Source of the DNA: Paramuribaculum sp.
GTDB taxonomy: Bacteria; Bacteroidota; Bacteroidia; Bacteroidales; Muribaculaceae
DNA length: 64,000 nt
NCBI GenBank assembly: GCA_029060545.1
Contig: JAIDTT010000001.1
Span: 773 to 64,772 of the forward strand
Direction of reading: 5' to 3'
The translations under genes and the position numbers were made by a program. Below are positions 17,374 to 27,490 of this stretch, piece after piece. Each line of letters begins with the position of its first letter. The stretch's first letter is position 1. The notes under the pieces were generated by a model. The model made no database searches and was not told the DNA's origin. It saw only the letters and a list, made by a program, of their open reading frames with translations.

Positions 17374-18377
17374 TTGCCTTTACGTATAGCAATTTCTTCC
17401 TCTATATCGCGGCCACGGCCGAGGATTATCTTGGTGAAGTATGCGCGGATGAAGCCGGAGCCGTAGCCGATGAGTTGCACGGCGGCGGCCGGTACGGCAA
17501 GTAGTCCGACCTTAAGCGAACGACTCTGAACACTGGCTGCTACGAGGATTGCTACGGCGTAGATGCCAAGCGGCAACAACCACCATGGAGATACGAAGAT
17601 GCCGAGTATCACCATTAGCAGCGCAAGTATCACGGCTAAGGCCGGAAGCACATGTACGAGTTTCAGTGAGCCGGGGTATAGGAGCTTGAGGGTGATGCGC
17701 GAACGTCCGAACACGTGTACCTGACGCCAGAATTTGCGGAAGTCGACGCGGCGTTTGTGATATACGAAGGCCGGACGTATGAGGGTGCAGCGGAAGCCGC
17801 CCTGACGAATGCGTGTCGACATATCGATGTCTTCCGAAAACATCTCGCGGAAGCCGCCCACGTGGTCATAGACGTTGCGCGTGTAGCCCATATTGAACGA
17901 GCGCGGCACGAATTTTTCCAGCTGCACCTTGCCGCCTCGTATGCCTCCGGTGGTGAGGAAGGATGTCATAGCGAAGCCGATAGCCTTCTGGACGGGAGTG
18001 AACGACTCGTGGGTGGCGTCGGGACCGCCGTAGCATTCGATACCTTCGGCTTCGGGAGAAGATAGTTCGCGGTCGAGGTTTTCGAAATAGTAGGGTGGAA
18101 TGAGGCAGTCGCTGTCGAAAAACACGAGCCACTTGCCGCTGCTTTGCTCGATGCCGTAGTTGCGTGCTATGGAGCGACCTTCGTTATCCTTATAAAAGTA
18201 TTTCACGTCAAGCTGCGAAGCGTATTTCTCTACGGCGTCGCGACATGGGGTTGTGGAGCCGTCTTCCACGATGATTACTTCAAAGTCCTTGACGGTCTGC
18301 TCTGTGAGGCTTCGGAGCAGTTCGTCGATTTCGTCGATACGGTTGTAGACCGGTACTATTACTGAATACTTTGGCAT
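17370..18377 (-). CDS. GT2 glycosyltransferase
   Basis: MPKYSVIVPVYNR, IIVEDGS, NEGRSIARNYG, FFDSDC, SEDIDMSTR. Start set at ATG 18377. Confidence 0.88.
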   Translation of the reverse strand: MPKYSVIVPVYNRIDEIDELLRSLTEQTVKDFEVIIVEDGSTTPCRDAVEKYASQLDVKYFYKDNEGRSIARNYGIEQSSGKWLVFFDSDCLIPPYYFENLDRELSSPEAEGIECYGGPDATHESFTPVQKAIGFAMTSFLTTGGIRGGKVQLEKFVPRSFNMGYTRNVYDHVGGFREMFSEDIDMSTRIRQGGFRCTLIRPAFVYHKRRVDFRKFWRQVHVFGRSRITLKLLYPGSLKLVHVLPALAVILALLMVILGIFVSPWWLLPLGIYAVAILVAASVQSRSLKVGLLAVPAAAVQLIGYGSGFIRAYFTKIILGRGRDIEEEIAIRKGK

Positions 18378-18390
18378 AGGGCGGCGGGGG

Positions 18391-19521
18391 TTATGACATT
18401 CGGGATTCGTAGTCTGAGTAGTCGAAGCGGCGTAGATACGTGCAGTCGCCGTCATGGTCGCAAAGCACGATGTCGGGGTGTTGCAGTCCGTTGAACATCG
18501 TTGTCTTTACCGTAGTATAGTGGTTCATATCTTCGAGGCGCAGGCGCTGACCTGCTTTCAGCTCCTCGGCAAACGACCACGGTCCGCAGAAGTCGCCGCT
18601 CAGACAGGAGTTGCCTCCGAGCCGGTAAGCGGGGAGGCCGGATGCCGGCGCCACGCTTTCGGTGATGGCCGGTTGGTAGGGCATCTCGAGTGTATCAGGC
18701 ATGTGGCAGGCAAAGGATGCGTCGATGATGGCAGTTTTTACTCCTTGATTCTCAACGATGTCAACCACCGAAGTGACCAGATCGCCGGTGCGCCATGTGA
18801 ATGCGCTGCCCGGCTCAAGGATTACCTCAAGATTTGGGTGACGGCGGCGGAAGTCGCTGAGGAGCCGGATCAGATGCTCGGTGTCGTAGCCCTCTCGCGT
18901 CATGAGATGCCCCCCGCCCATATTGACCCATTTAAGATTGGGAAGCAGGTGGCCAAACTGTTTTTCAAAGGCTTCGAGCACCTTCTCCAGATCGTAGGAC
19001 GAGGACTCGCACAGGGCGTGGAAATGCAGGCCGTCGAGCCCTTCGACCGGATATTCAGGCAGATCTTCGGCCGTAACTCCGAAGCGTGAGCCGGGGAGTG
19101 CGGGATTGTATATGTCGGTCTCGATCACAGAACATTGTGGATTGACGCGCAGGCCCACCGATACACCCTTCGCATGAGCGCGGGCTCCAAAGCGGCGCAG
19201 CTGGTCGAGGGAATTGAAGGTGATGTGGCTCGATCCTTCAAGGTAGCGGTCAATGGTAGCATCGGTGTAAGCGGGGGTGTAGGTGTGAGCTTTGGTGCCG
19301 AGGTGACGTCGTCCGAGTTCAAGTTCGTTGAGCGATGAAGCCGTGAAGGCTACTCCGTATTCGCGGAATATGGGGAATGTGCGCCAAAGAGCGTTGGCCT
19401 TGAATGCCATGATAATGTGCGCACCACTGCGGCGGCTTACATCGGCGATGAGGTCGAGATTGCGGCGCAGCTTATCTTCGTAGACGATATAGTAAGGTGT
19501 CGGGAGCTGAGATTCTTTCAT
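18391..19521 (-). CDS. nspC: Carboxynorspermidine/carboxyspermidine decarboxylase
   Basis: TPYYIVYE, AFKA (PLP lysine), SRFGV, GLHFHALCE, NMGGGH, EPG, CLSGDF, YTTVKTTMFNG. Confidence 0.93.
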   Translation of the reverse strand: MKESQLPTPYYIVYEDKLRRNLDLIADVSRRSGAHIIMAFKANALWRTFPIFREYGVAFTASSLNELELGRRHLGTKAHTYTPAYTDATIDRYLEGSSHITFNSLDQLRRFGARAHAKGVSVGLRVNPQCSVIETDIYNPALPGSRFGVTAEDLPEYPVEGLDGLHFHALCESSSYDLEKVLEAFEKQFGHLLPNLKWVNMGGGHLMTREGYDTEHLIRLLSDFRRRHPNLEVILEPGSAFTWRTGDLVTSVVDIVENQGVKTAIIDASFACHMPDTLEMPYQPAITESVAPASGLPAYRLGGNSCLSGDFCGPWSFAEELKAGQRLRLEDMNHYTTVKTTMFNGLQHPDIVLCDHDGDCTYLRRFDYSDYESRMS

Positions 19522-21869
19522 GAGAGGATGGTGAAGCGGGCGAATTTAAGAAGCAGCACACGGCTGCCGAGATTATCAAAGTCGACCTTGATGCGGGCGT
19601 CGGGCATCGAGGTATCGATCAAAGTGATGGTGCCGCGGCCGAATCGCGAATGTTCGATCCGGAGGCCTTCGGTGAGTTCGTCGACGGAGTGGAGTCCGGT
19701 GCCCGACGGAGTCGTAGAAGCGGGAGCCTGCGGTGTGGAAGCCGGGGATGAACCGAGCGGTCGGAAATTAGATGGTGGAGTAGCGGGTGCCGGAGCTGCG
19801 GGTGTCTGCCGGAATGTCGGCCCCATTGTAGGGCGACGCATAGCGTTACCTCCGGTTCCCATAGTCGAATCGAGTTTGAGATATTGCGGCTCGATGGCGG
19901 ATAGGACGCGCGATGGATTGGTGGAGCAGCGCATGCCGTTGCGGTAGCGGGTCGATGCGTAGGTCATCATGCAGTAGTTGCGTGCACGTGTTATGGCCAC
20001 GTAGAGCAGTCGGCGCTCCTCCTCGATCTCGTCGAGGGTGCCGGAAGCCATTGCCGACGGGAACAGATCCTCTTCCACGCCGACGATAAACACATTGTTG
20101 AATTCCAGACCTTTGGCGGCGTGGACGGTCATCAGCGTCACTCGCTCGGTCACTTCGCCTTCGTCGGTATCGGAATCTTGATCGGTGGCAAGTGATACTT
20201 CGCCGAGGAAGTCGTTGAGGCTCAGATGTTCGGAGCCTTCTTCGGTGCGGTTGTCGACAAACTCACGTGCGCCCGACAGAAGTTCGTTGATATTCTCCTG
20301 CTTCGACAGATTTTCGGGCGTACGCTCTGTGAGCAGTACGGCCAGCAGACGTGTGCGCCCTACGATAAGTTGAGCCATCTCGTAGGCATTCTTGCCGCTT
20401 TCGTTGGCGCTGACAAATTCCTCTATCATCGAGCGGAATTCGCACACCTTCTTCATAGCCGAGGCATTGAGCCCCGGATTCTCGTCGGGCAACGCGCTTA
20501 TCACGCCCCAGATACTGCGGCCTGAGTCCATAGCGGTGCGCGTGATCTTGCCTAAAGTGGTCTCTCCGATACCGCGCGCCGGCACATTGATGATGCGACG
20601 GAGTGCTTCATCGTCGTCGGGATTGACGGCCAGACGCAGATAGGCGATTACATCCTTTACCTCCTTGCGCTGGTAGAACGATAGGCCACCGTAGATGCGG
20701 TATGGTATGTTGCGCTTGCGTAGCGACTCCTCGAGTACGCGGCTCTGCGCGTTGGTGCGGTAGAGTATGGCAAATTCCTCAAGAGAGTCGTGGGTGCGCA
20801 TTCTCACCTGAGATATGCGGTTGGCCACCAGGTAGCCCTCCTCGAAGTCGCTGTAGCTCTGCATCACTTCCACACGACTACCTTTGGAGTTGGTCGAGAA
20901 TACCTGCTTCGGTATCTGGCGCGTATTCTTCTCGATGAGTGTATTGGCGGCGCCGATGATATTTTGGGTAGAGCGGTAGTTCTGTTCGAGTTTGAATGTG
21001 CGAAGTGTGGGATAAGCACGCTTGAGATTGAGGATGTTGGAGATGTTGGCTCCGCGGAAGGAGTAGATGCTCTGCGCGTCGTCACCCACCACACACATAT
21101 TGCCGGAGCGCCGGCAGAGCTGGCTCACTATGGCGTGCTGAGAAAAGTTGGTGTCCTGATACTCGTCGACAAGTATGTAGCGGAAAAATTCCTGATAGTG
21201 GCTCAGGATATCGGGATTGTCGCGCAACAGCACATTCATATAGTAGAGCAGATCGTCGAAGTCCATGGCTCCGGCACGGAAACACCTGTCGCGATATATG
21301 CGGTATACCTCGTGGAGACGCGGACGGCGAGCGCGCTGGTCGGCCTGCATCAGATCTTGCAGTGTGGCATATTTTTCTGGAGATATAAGCGCGTTTTTGG
21401 CGGTGGATATAGCCGACATCACGATAGGCACCTTGTAGACTTTATCGTCGAGATCCATATCCTTGAGTATGCTCTTGATGAGCGATTTGCTGTCGGCTGT
21501 GTCGTAAATTGTAAATTGTGGCTTGTAGCCGAGACGGTCAGCGTGCTGACGCAATATGCGGGCGAAGATAGAGTGAAAGGTTCCCATCCACAGCCGCGAT
21601 GCCGTTTTCGGACCGGTGAGCTGCTCGATGCGCTCTCGCATCTCACGAGCCGCCTTGTTGGTGAAGGTCAGGGCCATGATCCGCCAGGGCTCGATGCCTT
21701 GGGCGAGAAGGTGTACGATTTTGTATGTGAGTACACGCGTCTTACCCGATCCGGCGCCGGCGATCACCAGTTGCGGGCCGTCGAGATACTCTACGGCCAC
21801 ACGCTGCTGAGGGTTGAGTTGGTCGAGATATGATGAGTCTGGTGTTGTGGTTGACATTTCGTTGTGCAT
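19518..21869 (-). CDS. pcrA: UvrD/PcrA family SF1 DNA helicase
   Basis: AGAGSGKT, TFTNKAAREM, VDEYQD, VGDDAQSIYSFRGA, QNYRST, MTVHAAKGLEF, EERRLLYVAITRA; Pro/Ala/Thr linker and a C-terminal Tudor-like domain. Start is 21869 or 21857. Confidence 0.9.
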   Translation of the reverse strand: MHNEMSTTTPDSSYLDQLNPQQRVAVEYLDGPQLVIAGAGSGKTRVLTYKIVHLLAQGIEPWRIMALTFTNKAAREMRERIEQLTGPKTASRLWMGTFHSIFARILRQHADRLGYKPQFTIYDTADSKSLIKSILKDMDLDDKVYKVPIVMSAISTAKNALISPEKYATLQDLMQADQRARRPRLHEVYRIYRDRCFRAGAMDFDDLLYYMNVLLRDNPDILSHYQEFFRYILVDEYQDTNFSQHAIVSQLCRRSGNMCVVGDDAQSIYSFRGANISNILNLKRAYPTLRTFKLEQNYRSTQNIIGAANTLIEKNTRQIPKQVFSTNSKGSRVEVMQSYSDFEEGYLVANRISQVRMRTHDSLEEFAILYRTNAQSRVLEESLRKRNIPYRIYGGLSFYQRKEVKDVIAYLRLAVNPDDDEALRRIINVPARGIGETTLGKITRTAMDSGRSIWGVISALPDENPGLNASAMKKVCEFRSMIEEFVSANESGKNAYEMAQLIVGRTRLLAVLLTERTPENLSKQENINELLSGAREFVDNRTEEGSEHLSLNDFLGEVSLATDQDSDTDEGEVTERVTLMTVHAAKGLEFNNVFIVGVEEDLFPSAMASGTLDEIEEERRLLYVAITRARNYCMMTYASTRYRNGMRCSTNPSRVLSAIEPQYLKLDSTMGTGGNAMRRPTMGPTFRQTPAAPAPATPPSNFRPLGSSPASTPQAPASTTPSGTGLHSVDELTEGLRIEHSRFGRGTITLIDTSMPDARIKVDFDNLGSRVLLLKFARFTILS

Positions 21870-21878
21870 AGCAAAATC

Positions 21879-21886
21879 CAAAGTTA
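21879..21886 (-). promoter_or_regulatory. Internal -7 promoter element for the helicase-nspC-GT2-radC operon
   Basis: Minus strand TAACTTTG (TAnnTTTG) just upstream of the helicase ATG. Confidence 0.55.
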
Positions 21887-21915
21887 CTCATATATCCGCA
21901 CACAGCCAAATATTA

Positions 21916-22989
21916 TCAGCTGAGGATATCGCGGTAGTATTGGATATATCCGTCGACACACTGATCCCAGTTGAACTGTAGCGCCTGGGTACGGCAACGG
22001 GCAGCTGCGTATGGATCGGCATCGAATCGTGCCAGTCCGCTCACCACGTCGGCGGCCATCGACTCAGGCTCAAGGGTATGGAAATAATAGGCGGCGTCGC
22101 CACCCACTTCGGGTAGAGATGTGAGTCCGGAGAGGAAGGCCGGACGTCCGGCCGACATGGCTTCGAGTGGCGGCAGTCCGAAGCCTTCGCATTGCGACGG
22201 GAAGAGGAATGCCCGGCATGATCGGTAGAGCCATATCTTCTGTGACTCGCTTACGCTACCTACCACAATCACGCGGTCGGGGCGCTCGGTGGCAAGTCGG
22301 CGCAGCCTGTCAGAAGCATGAGCCCAGGCACCTGCCAATACGAGCGGGCCGAGCGACTCGGGCAGATAGTCGGTCATCTGTACGAGCAGATCCACATTCT
22401 TGTTGGGCTGCATATTGCTAAGGTGGAGCAGGAAGTGCCCCGCCTCCAGACCATCGACGGGAGTCGCCTCATGGGCGGCCATCGTATCTGCCACACCGTT
22501 GTAGATCACGCGTCGGGGAGCCGATAGCTTATAGTGAGCCAGTGTATCGGCCATTGCGTAGCGTGAAATGAAGGCGAGATAGTCGGCAGAGGTGATGCGT
22601 GAGCGCACACGCAGCCAGTTGAGGAGCAGCGACAGGCCATGCTTGTTGTGCACGAAGTTGACGTCGTGAACCGTGACGAGCTTGGCGCGGCATCGGCGCA
22701 TATGGCGGAAGGTGCTGTATTGTGTCGGCACGTGGTAGATATCGCTTTGCCAGTCGGGGCGCTTCTCGATCGACGCTTTGTCGGCATCCGTAACCTCGAT
22801 GTAATCGACGTCGGGGCCGAACACTCCGGCTTTGCCTTTTGGTACAACGAAGCGAAATCGCAGATCGTAATCTTCGGCAAGCTCGCGGCTGCGGCGCGCT
22901 ATGCCGCGTCCGAGTTGGGTCACAAACTCTACGAATCCGCAGTAGGGGAGTCGCAGAGCGTATGCTTCTATAGTCACGAGCCGGCTCAT
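21916..22989 (-). CDS. GT4 glycosyltransferase
   Basis: TVHDV, VIYNGV, SNMQPNKN, FLFPSQCEGFGLPPLEAM (EX7E motif). Confidence 0.9.
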   Translation of the reverse strand: MSRLVTIEAYALRLPYCGFVEFVTQLGRGIARRSRELAEDYDLRFRFVVPKGKAGVFGPDVDYIEVTDADKASIEKRPDWQSDIYHVPTQYSTFRHMRRCRAKLVTVHDVNFVHNKHGLSLLLNWLRVRSRITSADYLAFISRYAMADTLAHYKLSAPRRVIYNGVADTMAAHEATPVDGLEAGHFLLHLSNMQPNKNVDLLVQMTDYLPESLGPLVLAGAWAHASDRLRRLATERPDRVIVVGSVSESQKIWLYRSCRAFLFPSQCEGFGLPPLEAMSAGRPAFLSGLTSLPEVGGDAAYYFHTLEPESMAADVVSGLARFDADPYAAARCRTQALQFNWDQCVDGYIQYYRDILS

Positions 22990-23684
22990 ACGCTTTGGCG
23001 GAAAAGATTACGGAAGTCGGCGTCGGTGCCGATACATGTGATTAGGTCGCCCGAGAGCACACGTCCGTCGTCCGACTCATCATCCATCACATCCACGAGC
23101 TTATACTGCAGATGCTCAAGTCCCATCACGTTACGTGTGGGTGCTTTGCGGCAGACGGCTATAAGCTGCAGCCCGTAATCCTTTAGCAGTGGGAGCGACC
23201 GGTAGCGGAGGCCGACAAGAAATTCCGGCACACGGAACTTGAGTACGTAATGGTTGGGATCGACGCGCAGCGACTGGGTGTCGTTGCCAAGCGCCATTTC
23301 GTCGACGAGGATAGAGGCGGCGCGCTGTTCGGGGGTGATGATTCGGTCGAGGTTGAAGCTCTCGAGTATCGATTCGTGGAGCTTGTCGCCCGCACGTGCG
23401 TAGATATGTTCCACTCCGAGTTTCTTGAGCAGGCCTACGGTGCGGATGCTCGCGCCGAAATTTTCGCCTATGGCCACTATCACCAGATCCACATTCTTCA
23501 GGGGGAGCACACCGAGCGATACTTCGTCGGTGGAGTCGATGATGTATGCAGTGGATATGAAGTCCTTGATGGATTCTACAAGAGCCGCATCCTTGTCGGC
23601 GCCAATTACTTCATGCCCCATCTTAGTGAGGTCGATAGCGAGATTGGAACCATAGATGCCGAGGCCGATTATGAGGTAACGCAT
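22986..23684 (-). CDS. trkA: Trk/Ktr potassium uptake RCK regulatory subunit
   Basis: IIGLGIYG Rossmann motif, VIVAIGENFGASI, IITPEQRAA; TrkA_C domain. Confidence 0.85.
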   Translation of the reverse strand: MRYLIIGLGIYGSNLAIDLTKMGHEVIGADKDAALVESIKDFISTAYIIDSTDEVSLGVLPLKNVDLVIVAIGENFGASIRTVGLLKKLGVEHIYARAGDKLHESILESFNLDRIITPEQRAASILVDEMALGNDTQSLRVDPNHYVLKFRVPEFLVGLRYRSLPLLKDYGLQLIAVCRKAPTRNVMGLEHLQYKLVDVMDDESDDGRVLSGDLITCIGTDADFRNLFRQSV

Positions 23685-23703
23685 ACAGGTAGAGTGATTA
23701 TGA

Positions 23704-25590
23704 TTAGTTGATTATGATTATATCTGACGGAAATGCGGCTCCGTGGAGCTGATTGTGTCGCACCAGTCCGGTGAGAAGTGACACAAGGCCTACGCGACCC
23801 ACAAACATAGCCACACAGACTACTATCTTGGCAGTGGTGCCCAGATCGGCCGTGACTCCGAGCGAGGAGCCCACGGTGAAGAGCGCCGACAGTGATTCGA
23901 ACAGGAGATCGCGTACCGGCAGCGTCGGCTCCAGAAGCAGCAGCGTGAAAGAGAGAGCGAAGTATGATAATATCGATATGGCCACTACGGCATTGGCTCG
24001 GCGGATAGAGCCGATGGAGATCTGGCGTGAGAATGCCGTGACCTTAGGCGCACCGGTGACGATAGCGCGTAGATTCAGCCAGATGGCGGCCAAGGTGTTG
24101 ACCTTGATACCACCGGCCGTAGACTGCGAGGCACCACCGACCCACATGAGCAGCATCACCATAATCAGCGTAGAGGGCATAAACTCCGCCGGATTGACCG
24201 ACGAGAAACCGGCCGAGCGTGGTACAGCAGAGTTGAACACCGACTGGGTGATCTTCTCTCCCATAGTCATACCGGCCAGAGAATTGTCGTATTCGATAAT
24301 GAAAAAGAGCACGGCGGCGGCCACGAAGAGGATGCTGAAGGTCACCAATACGATTTTGGTGTTGAGATTGAAGAGGTGGATCGTGCGAGCTCCTTCCTGA
24401 CCGCGGTGACCGGGGCGTAGGCGAGTTAAGGCGCGGCGTAATTTTTCGGCTATCGCATCGCGGAAGTTGACCAGTATCGGATAGCCTATGGCACCGGATA
24501 CGATGAGCAGAGTCAGTACCCAATATATCGGTATGTTGTTGTCGAGCAGCAGGGGATTGGCGAAGCCGTCGGGAATGGTGGAGAATCCGGCATTGCAGAA
24601 TGCAGAGATGGAGTGGAATACTGAGAATCCGATCTCTTGTCCGAGCGTCATATCAAGAGTGGAATGGATCGAAAGGAATATCAGCACTGCGCCGAGCAGT
24701 TCCACCACTACGGTGAACCCAAGGATGTAGAGCAGTGTGGGCACCAGCGCGTTCATCGTCTTTGAATACACCATGTCCTTGAGCATCATCTGCGAATATA
24801 TGGATGTGCTGCCGCTGAAGAATAGGGCGAAGAAGCTCGTGAAGGTCATCACTCCGAGAGCGCCGATCTGTATGAGTATGGCTATCACGGTGTAGCCGAG
24901 CGGAGTGAATGTGGTGGCCACATCTACAGGTGTAAGTCCGGTGATACTCACCGCACTGGTGCTGACGAAGAGCGCATCGGTATAGCTGAGGGCCGAGTGG
25001 GTGCATTTGGGAAGCTGGAGCAGAAACGAGCCGATGAGAATGAACACCAGAAAACTGCCTGAAAGCAGCAATGAGGGATTGGTGCGGCGTCCGACGAGTT
25101 TGAACAGCATGAAGCTGATGGTGACTATACAGTAAGCGATCAGCACCGAATAAGTGTAATAGCTGGAGTATAGGAATGTATGCAACCATCCCATCCATGA
25201 ATGAGCTGGGTGAGGGAAGAGCAGCGGAATGAGAGTGGTGAGTACCGCTATGTCGACTATCCACTTTATTACCCGCGAGTCGCGCAGTGTGGCGCGGGTG
25301 CGCAGCAGAAGATTAAATAGGATGTTGACGATGAAGAGGATCTGCATTGATCGTATAAGCGCCTTGATCGCTGCATAAGCTTCCGGAGTATGGTCGTAGC
25401 CGGCGTGAACCACCATGGCCGCAAGACACACCACCGCCCCAATGCTACTCGTGACCATCAGTATAGTACCTATGATATTGAGTACCGATGTCGTGCGCAT
25501 CGCAGAGCGCTCGAGCGCCATACGCCAGAAATAGAGCTTACGTTTGATCAGCTCTTTCATGCCGGGACGTTTGTGGGTGTTATTCGCCAT
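23704..25590 (-). CDS. trkH: Trk/Ktr potassium uptake membrane subunit (TrkH/KtrB family)
   Basis: Pore glycines in SAVSITGL, SAFCNAGF, PRSAGF and FTVGSSLG; GGIKV; MFVGRVG. Confidence 0.88.
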   Translation of the reverse strand: MANNTHKRPGMKELIKRKLYFWRMALERSAMRTTSVLNIIGTILMVTSSIGAVVCLAAMVVHAGYDHTPEAYAAIKALIRSMQILFIVNILFNLLLRTRATLRDSRVIKWIVDIAVLTTLIPLLFPHPAHSWMGWLHTFLYSSYYTYSVLIAYCIVTISFMLFKLVGRRTNPSLLLSGSFLVFILIGSFLLQLPKCTHSALSYTDALFVSTSAVSITGLTPVDVATTFTPLGYTVIAILIQIGALGVMTFTSFFALFFSGSTSIYSQMMLKDMVYSKTMNALVPTLLYILGFTVVVELLGAVLIFLSIHSTLDMTLGQEIGFSVFHSISAFCNAGFSTIPDGFANPLLLDNNIPIYWVLTLLIVSGAIGYPILVNFRDAIAEKLRRALTRLRPGHRGQEGARTIHLFNLNTKIVLVTFSILFVAAAVLFFIIEYDNSLAGMTMGEKITQSVFNSAVPRSAGFSSVNPAEFMPSTLIMVMLLMWVGGASQSTAGGIKVNTLAAIWLNLRAIVTGAPKVTAFSRQISIGSIRRANAVVAISILSYFALSFTLLLLEPTLPVRDLLFESLSALFTVGSSLGVTADLGTTAKIVVCVAMFVGRVGLVSLLTGLVRHNQLHGAAFPSDIIIIN

Positions 25591-25602
25591 TGCTGTACCG
25601 GT

Positions 25603-27486
25603 CTATTCGAGTTCGGAGAGTTCGAGCCACCGCATCTCTTTCTCGTCGAGCATCTCGGTGAGTTCACTGTAGCGGGTAGCCATAGCCGCGGCCTCGTCGA
25701 GGGTCTCACCGGAGCTGAACCGGGCGTCGAGAGCGTTGCGTTCGGCTGTGAGGGAGTCGATCTCTTCGGTGAGAGTTTCAAATTCCTTGCGCTCCTTGAA
25801 CGACATTTTGCGCCGACGCTCTGCCACCGGTTTGCTTTTTGGTGCCGGCGCTTTGTCGGCAGGCTTCTCGGCAGCTTTGAGCTGCGCGTCGCGTGCCTCG
25901 CGCCACTCGCGGTATTGGGTATATGTGCCGGGGAAGTCGCGTATGTCGCCATCGCCCTCCATTACCCACAGATGGTCTACGAGCGAGTCGAGGAAGAAGC
26001 GGTCGTGCGACACTACGATCAGGCATCCCTTGAATTCGCGGAGATACTCTTCGAGCACACCGAGGGAGAGGATGTCGAGATCGTTGGTCGGCTCGTCGAG
26101 AATCAGGAAGTTGGGCTGGCGCATCAGTATGGTGGCCAGATAGAGGCGGCTGCGTTCGCCACCACTCAGAGTGGAGATGTATTTCTGCTGGTCGGCGGCA
26201 GAGAAGAGAAAGCGGTTGAGCCACTGCATCGGGCTGAGATTGGCGCCGTCGGTAAGGCGTATCTCCTCGGCGATATCGGTCACGGCATCGATCACTTTCT
26301 GCTCGGGATTGAAGTCGATGCCCGTCTGCGAGTAGTAGCCGAATCGCACCGTGGTACCTATCTCCCAGCGCCCCGAGTCGGGAGCTACCTCGCCGAGCAG
26401 CATTTTGATGAATGTGGATTTACCTACGCCGTTGGCTCCTATTATACCCAGCTTTTCATAGCGGGCGAAGGTATAGGAGAAGTCGGAGAGTATCACCTTG
26501 TTGCCCCACTTCTTGCTGATGTGCTTGGCCTCGAATATTTTTGACCCGATGTAGGAGGCTTTGGCCGATGAAAGTTCGATAGTGGAATTGTCGGGGCGGT
26601 AACTGTCGACAGCCTTCTTGAGATCGTGGAAAGCGTCGATGCGGTAACGAGCTTTTCCGGCGCGCGCCTGTGGCTGACGGCTCATCCATTCCTGCTCCCG
26701 GCGCAGGGTGTTGCGCCGGCGGTCGTTGGCCGCGGCCATAGCTTCGATGCGTTCCTGACGGTAGCGCAGGAAGTCGGAATAAGCCCCGGGGTAGGAGTAG
26801 AGTGTGCGGTCATCGAGCTCGATGATGCGGTTGCACACGGCATCGAGGAAGTAGCGGTCGTGGGTGACCATAAGCAGAGTGATATTCTGCCGGCTGAGAT
26901 ACTGCTGCAGCCATTCTATCGAGTCTACGTCGAGGTGGTTGGTCGGCTCGTCGAGAATGAGTAGCTGTGGGTCGCAGAGCAGGGCGTGGGCTATGGCGAT
27001 GCGTTTGAGCTGACCACCTGAGAGCGTCTCAACTCGAGCATCGAGATCGGTGATGTTGAGGCGGTGGAGCATCTGTCGCAGACGGTCGGCGAAGTCCCAC
27101 GCGCCGAGAGTATCCATACGCGCCGACGCCTCCATGATGCGTTGCTGGTCACCGTCGAGCAGGGCTTTCTCATAGGCGAGGGTGGCCTGTGCTTGCTCCA
27201 GTCCGGGATGGCGGAGGCAGGCATCGAGCACCGTAAGACCGGCTTCAAACGTGGGGTGCTGCTCGATCATACTCACCCGTAGCGAATTGCGGAAGGTGAC
27301 TGTGCCGCTGTCGGGCGCTTCCGTACCGGCTATGATACGCAGCAGGGTGGTCTTGCCTGTGCCGTTTTTGGCAATCAGACCTATCTTGTCGCCCTGGCTG
27401 ATGCCGAGTGAGATAGAGTCGAATATCATACGATGGCCGTAGCTCTTGGTGAGATTCTCGATCTGCAGGTAACTTATGGTTGACAT
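25603..27486 (-). CDS. ABC-F family ATPase (Uup-like, with C-terminal coiled-coil domain)
   Basis: Two NBDs (AKNGTGKT/LSGGQ/LDEPTN and GANGVGKS/LSGGE/LDEPTN), no TM segments, C-terminal KMSFKERKE...EMRWLELSE. Confidence 0.9.
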   Translation of the reverse strand: MSTISYLQIENLTKSYGHRMIFDSISLGISQGDKIGLIAKNGTGKTTLLRIIAGTEAPDSGTVTFRNSLRVSMIEQHPTFEAGLTVLDACLRHPGLEQAQATLAYEKALLDGDQQRIMEASARMDTLGAWDFADRLRQMLHRLNITDLDARVETLSGGQLKRIAIAHALLCDPQLLILDEPTNHLDVDSIEWLQQYLSRQNITLLMVTHDRYFLDAVCNRIIELDDRTLYSYPGAYSDFLRYRQERIEAMAAANDRRRNTLRREQEWMSRQPQARAGKARYRIDAFHDLKKAVDSYRPDNSTIELSSAKASYIGSKIFEAKHISKKWGNKVILSDFSYTFARYEKLGIIGANGVGKSTFIKMLLGEVAPDSGRWEIGTTVRFGYYSQTGIDFNPEQKVIDAVTDIAEEIRLTDGANLSPMQWLNRFLFSAADQQKYISTLSGGERSRLYLATILMRQPNFLILDEPTNDLDILSLGVLEEYLREFKGCLIVVSHDRFFLDSLVDHLWVMEGDGDIRDFPGTYTQYREWREARDAQLKAAEKPADKAPAPKSKPVAERRRKMSFKERKEFETLTEEIDSLTAERNALDARFSSGETLDEAAAMATRYSELTEMLDEKEMRWLELSELE

Positions 27487-27490
27487 AGGA

